Shown: piece after piece, positions 1 to 8,390 of the stretch
Layout of the letters: the number at the start of each line of letters is the position of its first letter
How positions within the stretch are numbered: position 1 is the stretch's first letter
Origin: Pseudobdellovibrionaceae bacterium
GTDB taxonomy: Bacteria; Bdellovibrionota; Bdellovibrionia; Bdellovibrionales; Bdellovibrionaceae
Assembly (NCBI GenBank): GCA_041288045.1
Contig: JBGGMM010000172.1
Span: forward strand, 1 to 14,489
DNA length: 14,489 nucleotides
Reading direction: 5' to 3'
The notes under the pieces: generated by a model
Databases searched by the model: none
Told to the model about the DNA's origin: nothing
Seen by the model: the letters and a program-made list of their open reading frames with translations, nothing else
Made by a program: the position numbers and the translations under genes

Positions 1-251
1 TTTTTGATGAAAAGGGCGATATGCCGGGCTCTTGTCTCGCCGAAAATAAAAATCAGGCGCTTGTTGTGAGAAAGAGCAGAGGCCAATTGATGAAAGGCAA
101 ACCAGTTGTCCACCCAGCCGGCAATAATGCTGGAAGCCCAAAGCAAAACTCCAGTGAAGGCAGCATAGATCGGAGTTGGACCCAAAATTGAAAAGTCATG
201 CAAGACATGATTGGCTTTTTACAATCCCAAAAGTGATGAGACAAAAATTCA
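1..251 (-). pseudogene. In-frame C-terminal continuation of the Gcr-like gene beyond two stop codons (pseudogene or sequencing error); runs off the window
   Basis: The same frame reads ...FLWQ*IFVSSLLGL*KANHVLHDFSILGPTPIYAAFTGVLLWASSIIAGWVDNWFAFHQLASALSHNKRLIFIFGETRARHIALFIK. TGA is at 251-249 and TAA at 221-219, followed by 72 open codons containing the family-like motif AAFTGVLLWASSIIAGWVDNWF. Confidence 0.7.
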
Positions 252-1679
252 TTGCCACAAAAAAACGACAAGAATGGTAAAGGGTAAAACTCCAATGACA
301 TTGCCAGTAACAGCTGCGACTTGGGAGCGAATGACGGCAATGATTTCATCGACCAAATGATCCAAAGCCTCGGGATCACGAATGGCGTGCATTTTTGCCG
401 CCAGGGCTGGAGCGGTCATCGAAGGCTGTTTTGTTCCCAAAGTGAAATGAAAAAAATGAATGGCCAAAAAGCTGATGGAATAATTCAAAGCTGCGGCCAC
501 GCCTGTAAAGAAGCTGGGAAGCCCCAAATAGGTGACAGCAAATTTCACCAATGTGGTGATCGAAGTGATGAAGCCCCCGCCAAATGCTTTTTCAATTCCA
601 TTGAGGAATTCTTGCTTATTGCGGGCAATGTAGTGCTCACCGGTTTCGGCTGTTCGCTCAGAAATCTTTCGTGAAAGAAGTGAAAAATTCTCTGCCAAAA
701 GGCCCGTGAGACTGTGCTTGTCGGCATTTTGAGAAATCAAGGTTTCGACAAAATCAGACAGCAGCCCTGGATCGACAGTCTCATTCTGCAGAAGCAAATT
801 GAGATTGTGAATGCGTTGAAGCATCAACTCCATTCTTTCAATTTGAAAAACGATTTGAATGCTGACGCCATATTCGTCCATGTGCTGGTGGACTTCATGC
901 AAAGCCAAAAAGCAAGCATCGACTCGTTTGCGAATTTTGTCCGAAAGAACACGACGCAGATCCATGTCCTTTTCATCTAGAAATCTTCCGACCAATTCCG
1001 GCAGATGAAAAAACGGAAGCTCTTGAAAGGAAAAGCGATCCAGGCGTCGTCGAATCAAAGGGCCTAGTCCCAAACCTTTGATCTGATGCGAGAGAATTAA
1101 AAGCGCTGATTCAATATCGTGCTTGAATGTGTTCCAAGGGGCTTCTTTTTCTTCTTGGAAGTGAATGAGCTCAATGATGCGACTGAGAGTCTTCAAGTCA
1201 ATCAGTCGAACCCACTCCACATCCGCCATGGTTTTAAAGTTGTGCAAGAGCAGATTGCTGAGTTCTTGCGTGCGCGGCGGCTGCGGCAGAATTTTCTCAT
1301 TCAAGCGATTGAAAAATTCGGCCCAAAAAGAGTCGTTGCTGGAAAGACCGATCTCTAAAAAAAGCTCCAACCCACGAGTGTCTCGAATCACCGAACGAAA
1401 AAGAGAAGCGACTTTGGCTTTCCATTCGGGGTTGCGATCGAGAACCAAAAGCAAATAGCGCAGTCGGGCCGCTTGTGGAGCTCCGGATGAAAAATCCAAT
1501 TCATGTTTGGTTGAACCCTTTGAACGAATCCACTGCAAGAGGTCCTCAACCCAATCGACCCGATTGCGCAAATTGGCTGAAACCTCCGGAGTGGACTGAA
1601 GCAAAGAATCAAGATCTTTGCGATGCCAAATCGAAGCCTGCAATTTCTTCCACATTTGCAATGGTTTCAGGAAAACCAC
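249..1679 (-). CDS. Gcr-like 'site-specific recombinase' family membrane protein (Pfam SpecificRecomb-like), prematurely stopped at 249-251
   Basis: 476-aa ORF (GTG at 1679; alternative ATG at 1655). It has family-typical motifs EYGVSIQIVFQIERM, ETGEHYIAR, AALNYSISF..IHFFHFTLGTKQPSMTAPALA and RSQVAAVTGNV, with a soluble N-terminal half and hydrophobic C-terminal half. It starts 7 bp after the rodA stop. Confidence 0.8.
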   Translation of the reverse strand: MVFLKPLQMWKKLQASIWHRKDLDSLLQSTPEVSANLRNRVDWVEDLLQWIRSKGSTKHELDFSSGAPQAARLRYLLLVLDRNPEWKAKVASLFRSVIRDTRGLELFLEIGLSSNDSFWAEFFNRLNEKILPQPPRTQELSNLLLHNFKTMADVEWVRLIDLKTLSRIIELIHFQEEKEAPWNTFKHDIESALLILSHQIKGLGLGPLIRRRLDRFSFQELPFFHLPELVGRFLDEKDMDLRRVLSDKIRKRVDACFLALHEVHQHMDEYGVSIQIVFQIERMELMLQRIHNLNLLLQNETVDPGLLSDFVETLISQNADKHSLTGLLAENFSLLSRKISERTAETGEHYIARNKQEFLNGIEKAFGGGFITSITTLVKFAVTYLGLPSFFTGVAAALNYSISFLAIHFFHFTLGTKQPSMTAPALAAKMHAIRDPEALDHLVDEIIAVIRSQVAAVTGNVIGVLPFTILVVFLWQ

Positions 1680-1686
1680 CTTTCAA

Positions 1687-2811
1687 TTAGAAAATGTAAC
1701 GGCGGTAAGCCACACTGGAGACGATTCCAAGAGCCGACATCGTCGTCAGCATGCTAGATCCTCCGTAACTCAAAAGCGGAAGCGGGACCCCAACGATTGG
1801 TAAAAGGCCAATGACCATCCCCATATTCACGAACATATGCCAGAAAACGTAAGAGAGCACTCCAACAGCTAAGAGGGCTCCGAATTTATCTCGAGAAGTC
1901 GATGAGATTCGAATTCCAATCAGGAAAAGAACGCAAAAAAGAGCAATTGTAGTGATACTGCCAACAAAACCATGCTCTTCGCTGAGAACCGAATAGATGA
2001 AATCCGTGTGTCGCTCGGGCAGGAATTCGAGCTGGGATTGGGTTCCCTTGCGAAAACCTTTGCCTAAAAGTTTGCCGCTGCCAACAGCGATTTTGGATTG
2101 AATGCTATTGTAGCCGCTGCCTCGAGGGTCGTTGGTCGGTGAAAGAAAGTTGACAACCCGAGCTCTTTGATAATCGCGAAGTCCGTACTTCCAAGCGACA
2201 GGCAAAGCCACCATGGCAGCAGCAATGCAAATTCCAAGAATGGATTTTCTGACTTTGCAAAAAATGATCATTGTGCCACCGATGGCAGTCAACATCATCG
2301 CAGTTCCTAAATCCGGCTGCTCCACAACTAGAATAAATGGAACACCTAAGATCATCAGCGGCCAGATCAATTGTTTCATCCCCATGCCAGCTCCCTGCAC
2401 AGATCTTTGCGAAAGGATTTTGGACATGAGCATGATCAAACAGAGCTTCATTGTCTCTGAGGGTTGGTAATGAAAAAAGCCAAGATCGATCCACCGCTGA
2501 GCTCCCAGAGCGACTTTTCCAAAGAAAGTCACATAGAGGATCGCTCCCAAATTCAAAAAATAAAAAAGATAGGCGATTCGACTGATAATCGAATAATCAA
2601 TCAAAGTGGCGATGAAAAAGCAGCTCCAGCCAGCTCCCAGCCAAACAATCTGATTTAAAAAGAGCGATTCAACTTCGACAGAGTGGGGGCCATGAGTGGC
2701 GCTGTAGAGATTGATCAGTCCCACGAGATTCAAAGCCAAAATCACCAGAACAAAATTCCAGTCGATGCGTTTAAATAGGGTTCTCTCTTCAACTTGGAGT
2801 GACAGTTCCAT
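1687..2811 (-). CDS. rodA: Rod shape-determining protein RodA (SEDS peptidoglycan glycosyltransferase)
   Basis: 374-aa multi-TM protein with GAQRWIDLG, QPSETMK, QPDLGTA, GYNSIQSKIAVGSG, FLPERHTDFI and GVPLPLLSYGGSS motifs; lies directly downstream of mrdA. Confidence 0.97.
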   Translation of the reverse strand: MELSLQVEERTLFKRIDWNFVLVILALNLVGLINLYSATHGPHSVEVESLFLNQIVWLGAGWSCFFIATLIDYSIISRIAYLFYFLNLGAILYVTFFGKVALGAQRWIDLGFFHYQPSETMKLCLIMLMSKILSQRSVQGAGMGMKQLIWPLMILGVPFILVVEQPDLGTAMMLTAIGGTMIIFCKVRKSILGICIAAAMVALPVAWKYGLRDYQRARVVNFLSPTNDPRGSGYNSIQSKIAVGSGKLLGKGFRKGTQSQLEFLPERHTDFIYSVLSEEHGFVGSITTIALFCVLFLIGIRISSTSRDKFGALLAVGVLSYVFWHMFVNMGMVIGLLPIVGVPLPLLSYGGSSMLTTMSALGIVSSVAYRRYIF

Positions 2812-2813
2812 TA

Positions 2814-4796
2814 TTATTCACCTTCCACAACGGCCGGGGCCGGAATTGCTGGCTTAGGGCCTTTTTGATTTTTCAGACCCTCAGCAATGATCTCAGGATG
2901 GTATTTGTCAAAATAAGCGCGAATGGTATCACGGACCATGGGTCCCGCCCCAGTGCTCCCGTGGCAAGAGTGCTGAGCCAAGGCCGCAACTGTAATCACA
3001 GGTTTATCAGCAGGCGCCCAGGCAATGAACCAACCGTTGTGTCTCTGATGAATCGGTCGATTTTCACATTTTGAATAGATATCACTGGCGGCAAATCCCA
3101 TCACTTGTGAAGTCCCGGTTTTCCCAGCCATTTGCACTCCAGGAATTTTTAACCATTTTGCTGTCCCGCGATCGCCATTGGCGACTCGGCGAAGACCTTC
3201 TTTGACCACTTTGAAATTTTCAGGAGTCAGAGAAATACCAGTTCCCTGTTTTTCCTGAAGATCGCGAATCAATTTTGAAGAGGTCTCCTGCAAAACTTTG
3301 CCGTCATTATCGACGATTTTCTTGATCACGAAAGGGCGGTAGACTTTGCCTTCAAGTCCGATGGCATTGTAAGCCACTGCCAGTTGAATGGGAGAGGCCT
3401 GGACAAATCCCTGGCCGACGGCGACGCTGAGGTTTTCACCGGCCTGCCACTCTTCGCCAATTTGTTTCTTTTTCCATTCTGCAGAGGGCATGAGGCCAGC
3501 CACTTCTCGCGGCAATTCAATTCCTGTTTTCTGTCCCAATCCGAAAGTTGAGACATAGTTGTACATTTTGTCGATTCCCAGAGCGATTCCCATTTTATAG
3601 AAAAAGACATTGCTGGATCTCTCGAGCGCTTCATAAACACTGATGTTTCCATGTCCGCCGCGCAAATGATCGTGGTAAGGACGTCGACCAAACATCAGAA
3701 ATCCGGGGCAATTGATGATAGTCGTGGGTGTAATTACTTTTTCTTGAAGAGCTGCAAGTGCCATAAAAGCTTTAAAAGTTGAGCCCGGAGAAAAATAATC
3801 TTGAATCACTTTGTTTCGCAAAGGCTTAAAGGGATCATTCACTAATTTTGACCAAAGCTGAGAGCCAATTCCACGGGCAAATTCATTGGGATCATAACTG
3901 GGAGCACTGACCCAAGCCAAAACCTCGCCATCCGTTTTCATGGCAATCAGGGCTCCCATGCGATCATTTTCTTTAAATGATTTGTAAGCCGCCTCTTGCA
4001 CATCGCGATCAATCGTCAGAATCACATTGTGACCCGGATTTGGATCCTTGTCCTTGATCTGTTCTCCGTAAATGTTGGGAGTGGACGTGCTGGTTTCCCG
4101 GCCAAAGGCATCCACCTGCAGGAACTGCGTGCCATCTTCGCCGCGAATGTCTCGTTCCAGCACTTCCTCGAGGCCTGTTTGGCCAATGATATCCCCTTGT
4201 TCAAAGTTCAGCTGTCCCTTGTAGAGCTGATTGTAGAGAGGAATCTGCTTTTTTGAAATTTCGGCCACATAGCCAAAAAGCTGGGCGCCATTTTCAGCCA
4301 GTGGATAGTAGCGGACCACGGATTCTCGAATGTCGAGACCAGGAGTATCCAAACGGATGCGCTTCAATCGGAAAACTTCATCCCGACTGAGATTGTCCTT
4401 CAGTTTGATCTGCGCAAAGGGCCCGTTTTGTTTTCGCGATCTTTGAACTTTCTGAATGAGCTTCGGTGCTTCAAGTCCAATGATGGGTCCCACAGATTCA
4501 GCCAATTGATCCAGATTTTCAATGTACTGTGGAGAAATAATTGCTTCAAAGCCTGGATGGTTTTCCACCAGGATTTTTCCGTCTCGATCCAGCATCAATC
4601 CGCGCGGAGATGAAATCTTGATCTGCTTGATTCGGTTTTTTTCCGAGAACTCACGCAGTTCATCGCCTTGAATCACTTGTAAATACCAGAGACGAACAAT
4701 GAAAATGGCAAAAGTAAAGGCAATTGCCAGATAGAAAATCCGGTAGCGCGGCAGGTACTCTTTGGTCTCTTCGGGATTTGAAATAAACTCACTCAT
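2814..4796 (-). CDS. mrdA: Penicillin-binding protein 2 (class B transpeptidase)
   Basis: 660 aa with an N-terminal TM helix, PRGLMLDRDG dimerisation motif, SxxK (PGSTFK), SxN (RSSN) and KTGT; lies between mreD and rodA. Confidence 0.97.
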   Translation of the reverse strand: MSEFISNPEETKEYLPRYRIFYLAIAFTFAIFIVRLWYLQVIQGDELREFSEKNRIKQIKISSPRGLMLDRDGKILVENHPGFEAIISPQYIENLDQLAESVGPIIGLEAPKLIQKVQRSRKQNGPFAQIKLKDNLSRDEVFRLKRIRLDTPGLDIRESVVRYYPLAENGAQLFGYVAEISKKQIPLYNQLYKGQLNFEQGDIIGQTGLEEVLERDIRGEDGTQFLQVDAFGRETSTSTPNIYGEQIKDKDPNPGHNVILTIDRDVQEAAYKSFKENDRMGALIAMKTDGEVLAWVSAPSYDPNEFARGIGSQLWSKLVNDPFKPLRNKVIQDYFSPGSTFKAFMALAALQEKVITPTTIINCPGFLMFGRRPYHDHLRGGHGNISVYEALERSSNVFFYKMGIALGIDKMYNYVSTFGLGQKTGIELPREVAGLMPSAEWKKKQIGEEWQAGENLSVAVGQGFVQASPIQLAVAYNAIGLEGKVYRPFVIKKIVDNDGKVLQETSSKLIRDLQEKQGTGISLTPENFKVVKEGLRRVANGDRGTAKWLKIPGVQMAGKTGTSQVMGFAASDIYSKCENRPIHQRHNGWFIAWAPADKPVITVAALAQHSCHGSTGAGPMVRDTIRAYFDKYHPEIIAEGLKNQKGPKPAIPAPAVVEGE

Positions 4797-5329
4797 GCTT
4801 CAAGGCCTCCGCTTTCTGGCAGAGTTTCCTTGTTCGTCATGCGATCCATCCAGGCAAAAACAATATAAAGAGGAATAGAAGTCAGAGCTGTAAAAACGAT
4901 TTCAAAGAATCGGTGAAAAAGACTGACTGTGGCCGGGTTGGATTCAAACCATTTGGAAATGATGAAGTAAGCGAGATGATAGCAAATTCCGATCCCAAAG
5001 CTGGCCATGAGAAAGTAGCGTGAGCCTGGCCAGAACACTCTTTTTTTCACAAAGCTCATCACTGAAAACACAATCAATAAAGTCAGCCAAAGAACACCCA
5101 ATGGCATGGCCGAAAAGGGGCGAAGAAAAAGAGCGACCAAATAGATGGTGGCAATTCCTTCAAGAGGTTTTCGGTAGAGAATCAAATACAAGACAAGGTT
5201 GAGCCATAAAAGAGGAGCCGGAAGACTGCCAAAAATTTGGAACCAGAAGGTGGTTTGAGCTCCGCACAGGATCAGAGTCATGAGCAGCACCAAAAGCAAA
5301 TTCAAGTAATTAAAACGAATTGCTGGCAC
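4793..5329 (-). CDS. mreD: Rod shape-determining protein MreD (divergent)
   Basis: 178-aa very hydrophobic protein (about 5 TM segments) between mreC and mrdA, with a GTG start and a 4-bp ATGA overlap with mrdA. The call relies on synteny plus size and hydrophobicity. Confidence 0.8.
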   Translation of the reverse strand: MPAIRFNYLNLLLVLLMTLILCGAQTTFWFQIFGSLPAPLLWLNLVLYLILYRKPLEGIATIYLVALFLRPFSAMPLGVLWLTLLIVFSVMSFVKKRVFWPGSRYFLMASFGIGICYHLAYFIISKWFESNPATVSLFHRFFEIVFTALTSIPLYIVFAWMDRMTNKETLPESGGLEA

Positions 5330-5332
5330 TGT

Positions 5333-6184
5333 TTATTCCCTCATTGTGATTCGGTCAGAGAGATCCTCATTCACAGCATTGAGAATCACAAAAACCTCTT
5401 CAATCTTGTCTGGGTCCACAACCGGCTTCAATTCGACTTTCAGAGAAACTGAAAAAGTCTTGTCTTCGACAGTGTCAACAATGGCTACAGGGAAGCCTTT
5501 GGGAAAAATATTATCAAGTCCGCTGGTCACGACCAAATCGCCAGTTTGAACATCTTCGGATTTTTCGACATAGCGAAGAGCGCAGGTTGAGGCATTTCGG
5601 CCTTCGACAATTCCACGGGCCCGGCTGCGGGCGATCACTCCGTCCACGACAGAGTAGCGATCAGTGATCAAAAGGACCTGCGAAGTGAAAGTCCCGGGTT
5701 TGAAAATATGACCAACCACTCCACCCACAGTGATCACGGCTTGGCCTGCTTTTAAACCGTGGTGAGTTCCTTTGTTGATTTGAAGAGTGTTATGGTCGCT
5801 GACCAGATCTTTGCTCATCACGCGGGCAGCAATCAGTTCCATTTTTGTCTTATTTTTGAAATCCAGCAGAGAATTGAGTCTTTCGTTTTCCTTGGTCAGC
5901 TCGGCCTGGCCCTCAAGTCGCGCCAAAAGTTCATTATTCTCGCTTTTCAATCGAAGATTTTCTTTTTTGATGTTGATCAGGTCCAGGTAAAGTTGAGTGT
6001 TGCTACGCACTCCATCGCTAAAAGAGAAAAAAGCAGTCTGAGTCAGAGAGGCCAAAAAACTGAAAGGTTTGTCATACCAACCCTGAGAATAGGGTTTTTG
6101 CTGCATATTGATAGAAATCAGCGGCAAGGAAAGCACGAAGACAAAAGAGATCACTTTTTTCAGATTGAAATTCAAGAAATTCAA
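5333..6184 (-). CDS. mreC: Rod shape-determining protein MreC
   Basis: 283 aa: N-terminal TM, coiled coil (KENLRLKSENNEL...ENERLNSLL), INKG..HG, SQVLLITD and GDLVVTSGLDNIFPKGFPV. TTG start preceded by the SD AAGGGGA. Confidence 0.96.
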   Translation of the reverse strand: MNFLNFNLKKVISFVFVLSLPLISINMQQKPYSQGWYDKPFSFLASLTQTAFFSFSDGVRSNTQLYLDLINIKKENLRLKSENNELLARLEGQAELTKENERLNSLLDFKNKTKMELIAARVMSKDLVSDHNTLQINKGTHHGLKAGQAVITVGGVVGHIFKPGTFTSQVLLITDRYSVVDGVIARSRARGIVEGRNASTCALRYVEKSEDVQTGDLVVTSGLDNIFPKGFPVAIVDTVEDKTFSVSLKVELKPVVDPDKIEEVFVILNAVNEDLSDRITMRE

Positions 6185-6326
6185 ATTCGGTCCCCTTCAA
6201 TTTTGCCGCTGGTATCTATAACGCTAACAAAAGAAATTTCTGAATCCAACATTCTTTGTTGAGAAATTTTGATTGAAAAACCTATTTTACTCAGCAGATA
6301 CTTCAAAGATTATTTCCGGAGGAAAA

Positions 6327-7847
6327 ATGAGCGACAGTTTCAATCAGTTCAAAAAGCAACTCAATGTCGGTATCCAATCCAAAAGATGGTCTGTGAAAAG
6401 CATCACAGCCTTGGTTTTGTTCGGTGCCATCATTGCTGTTTTCGCCCTTTTTGGCTTCCCGAATCGCTTGAACAATTCGGCGGGAGCTAGTGGATTTGCT
6501 GGACAAGTGAACAATGCCCTGATCTCGGTGGCTGATTTACGCTCTGAGTCCGCTCGCTTGGAACAAATGTATGCGCCCATGTTTGGTGGACAAGGACTTG
6601 GGGATGCTCAGCGTCAGTTTGTGAGACAACAGGCTTTAGAGAACCTCATCACTCAAGAAGTGTCCTCGCAAAATGCAAAAAAGGCCGGAATCCTGGCAAC
6701 AGATGCTGAAATTCAAGACATGATTGTCCGAGAACTGCCTTACTTTCAGGAGCAAGGCCGCTTTCAGCGAGATCGCTATTACCAAATTTTGCAGGCCAAT
6801 CGCCTGACGCCAGCGGATTTTGAGGAAAAACTGCGCAAAGAAAAGGTCAATGTTCGAACTCAGCGTCTGTTTGAAGCCGCCTCACAGCCCCTCAGTTTTG
6901 AAATCGAAAAGATCAAAAATCTGCAAGAAAGCAAATGGAACGTCGGTTACGTGAAGTTCAATAAAGAAATGGCTTTAACCCAGATGAAATCCACAAATGC
7001 TCAAGCTCAGCTTTCCAATCCCGAATTCTTAAAGAGAACTCAGGATTACTACAATAACAACAAGGCCGAATTTGAAGTCCAACCCCAAGTGCTTGCCCAA
7101 CACATTTTGATTAAAATTGGAAAAGACGTCAGCGAAGAGCAGGCCAAACAAAAAATCGAAGAGATCAAAGAGAAATCAAAAACCACGGATTTTGGAAAAT
7201 TAGCAACTCAATATTCTCAGGACCAAGGCTCTAAAGTTAAAAATGGAGATTTAGGTTGGTTTGGGAAAGATCGAATGGTCTCTGAATTTGCAAATGCAGC
7301 CTTTTCGCAAAAACTTGGCGAAGTGGGCGAGCCCGTTCGAACAACTTTTGGTTATCACCTGATCAAAGTCAATGACCGCAAAGAAGCTGGGCAGAAGCCA
7401 TTTGATCAGGTTCAAACTGAAATTGCGCAAAAATTGGTCGCCACAGATGCTTATGAAGGCGAAGTGCAAGCGCTTGAAAAGGCAATTGAGCAAGGTGATC
7501 TGTCGACTGTTGAAGCTCAAATCAAAAAAATGGGCTTAAAATGGGAAGAAACAGGATTTTTCGCTTTGAACGCGGATATGATTCCAAACCTCAATAGCCC
7601 CGAGGCCAGCAAAGCTGTTTTTGCTTTGCAAGAAGGCCAGTCCCTTTATCCTCATTTGGTCAAAGACGGAGCTGAAAGGTTTATTCTTCGTCTCAAGGCC
7701 ACCAAGAAAGAGCCTTTTGTTGCCGATTCCAATTTTCGCGCTTCTATCGAAAGAGAAAGAGCCAATGATCTTTTTGGGTCTTGGATTGAAAATGCCAAGA
7801 AGACCGCAAAAATTGAAAGAAATCCGCAAGTTCTTTCGGGCCGCTAA
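6327..7847 (+). CDS. ppiD: PpiD/SurA-like membrane-anchored periplasmic chaperone with a parvulin PPIase domain
   Basis: The likely start is ATG 6327 after SD GGAGG (6318-6322), not the TTG at 6273. It has an N-terminal TM (ITALVLFGAIIAVFALFGF), a SurA_N-like region and a parvulin domain (AQHILIK, YSQDQGSKVKNGDLGWF, MVSEFANAAF, PVRTTFGYHLIKV). Confidence 0.8.
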   Translation: MSDSFNQFKKQLNVGIQSKRWSVKSITALVLFGAIIAVFALFGFPNRLNNSAGASGFAGQVNNALISVADLRSESARLEQMYAPMFGGQGLGDAQRQFVRQQALENLITQEVSSQNAKKAGILATDAEIQDMIVRELPYFQEQGRFQRDRYYQILQANRLTPADFEEKLRKEKVNVRTQRLFEAASQPLSFEIEKIKNLQESKWNVGYVKFNKEMALTQMKSTNAQAQLSNPEFLKRTQDYYNNNKAEFEVQPQVLAQHILIKIGKDVSEEQAKQKIEEIKEKSKTTDFGKLATQYSQDQGSKVKNGDLGWFGKDRMVSEFANAAFSQKLGEVGEPVRTTFGYHLIKVNDRKEAGQKPFDQVQTEIAQKLVATDAYEGEVQALEKAIEQGDLSTVEAQIKKMGLKWEETGFFALNADMIPNLNSPEASKAVFALQEGQSLYPHLVKDGAERFILRLKATKKEPFVADSNFRASIERERANDLFGSWIENAKKTAKIERNPQVLSGR

Positions 7848-8390
7848 GTGATTTTCTGGAAGCAGGTCCCCCTGCAATTCCGTTTTCAGGGGGAGTGGAT
7901 CTTGGTGGATTTCGCACTGGGAGTGAGCCAAGAAATCAATCCCCTCTCTGGGATGACAGTCAATCTGAAGAAGGTCCTGGAGTGGCTTGAAGATTTTCAG
8001 TCGCAAGTGAAATCTCAGAATTTCACTGCTTGGAATGATTTTTTCATCTTCAGCTTTTCCCAACTGCAAAAAAAAGTATTGTCCGAAAGTGCACAGCTAA
8101 CAGCTCTGCAAGTGAATTTTTTTGATCACTCGCAGCTGCGCTTTCAAAACAATCAAATGACCTTCTCCCAGACAGCATTGGTCAGTGATGAAAGCGGAGT
8201 GAAAAAATGGACTGCTTTTTTTCAAATGGATCAGTTCAAAACTCTTCCCAGGATTGAGTGGCCTCAAAAATTCACTGGTGCTTTCGATCCAGCTTCTTTG
8301 ATCTTTTCGCTTTTTCAATTTCCAAAACCTTTTCGAATTGAAATTCAAAATCCAACGACCAAAGAGTCTTTGGTTTTAAACAGCCCCTGA
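7848..8390 (+). CDS. Hypothetical protein with a degenerate QueD/6-pyruvoyl-tetrahydropterin synthase-like segment
   Basis: 180-aa ORF whose GTG immediately follows the ppiD stop (TAAGTG) and fills the gap to the convergent SDR gene. The segment FALGVSQEINPLSGMTVNLKKVLEWL resembles the PTPS/QueD 'V.V.GE.DP.TGMV.NL..L' motif, but there is no HGH. Confidence 0.6.
   Translation: MIFWKQVPLQFRFQGEWILVDFALGVSQEINPLSGMTVNLKKVLEWLEDFQSQVKSQNFTAWNDFFIFSFSQLQKKVLSESAQLTALQVNFFDHSQLRFQNNQMTFSQTALVSDESGVKKWTAFFQMDQFKTLPRIEWPQKFTGAFDPASLIFSLFQFPKPFRIEIQNPTTKESLVLNSP

Noticed and set aside
219..251. Alternative genetic code (TGA/TAA recoding)
   Set aside because: Tightly packed neighbouring genes end at TGA and TAA at the expected positions, and no other gene shows internal stops.
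53..379. 108-aa minus-strand ORF as a frameshifted C-terminus of the Gcr-like gene
   Set aside because: The family-like sequence continues in the original frame through two stops; this alternative frame shows no recognisable motifs.
6273..6326. TTG start giving a 524-aa PpiD
   Set aside because: ATG 6327 has a strong GGAGG SD; the upstream stretch looks like AT-rich promoter sequence.
7536..8069. 177-aa minus-strand ORF
   Set aside because: It is antisense to ppiD and the following ORF, with no motifs; shadow ORF.
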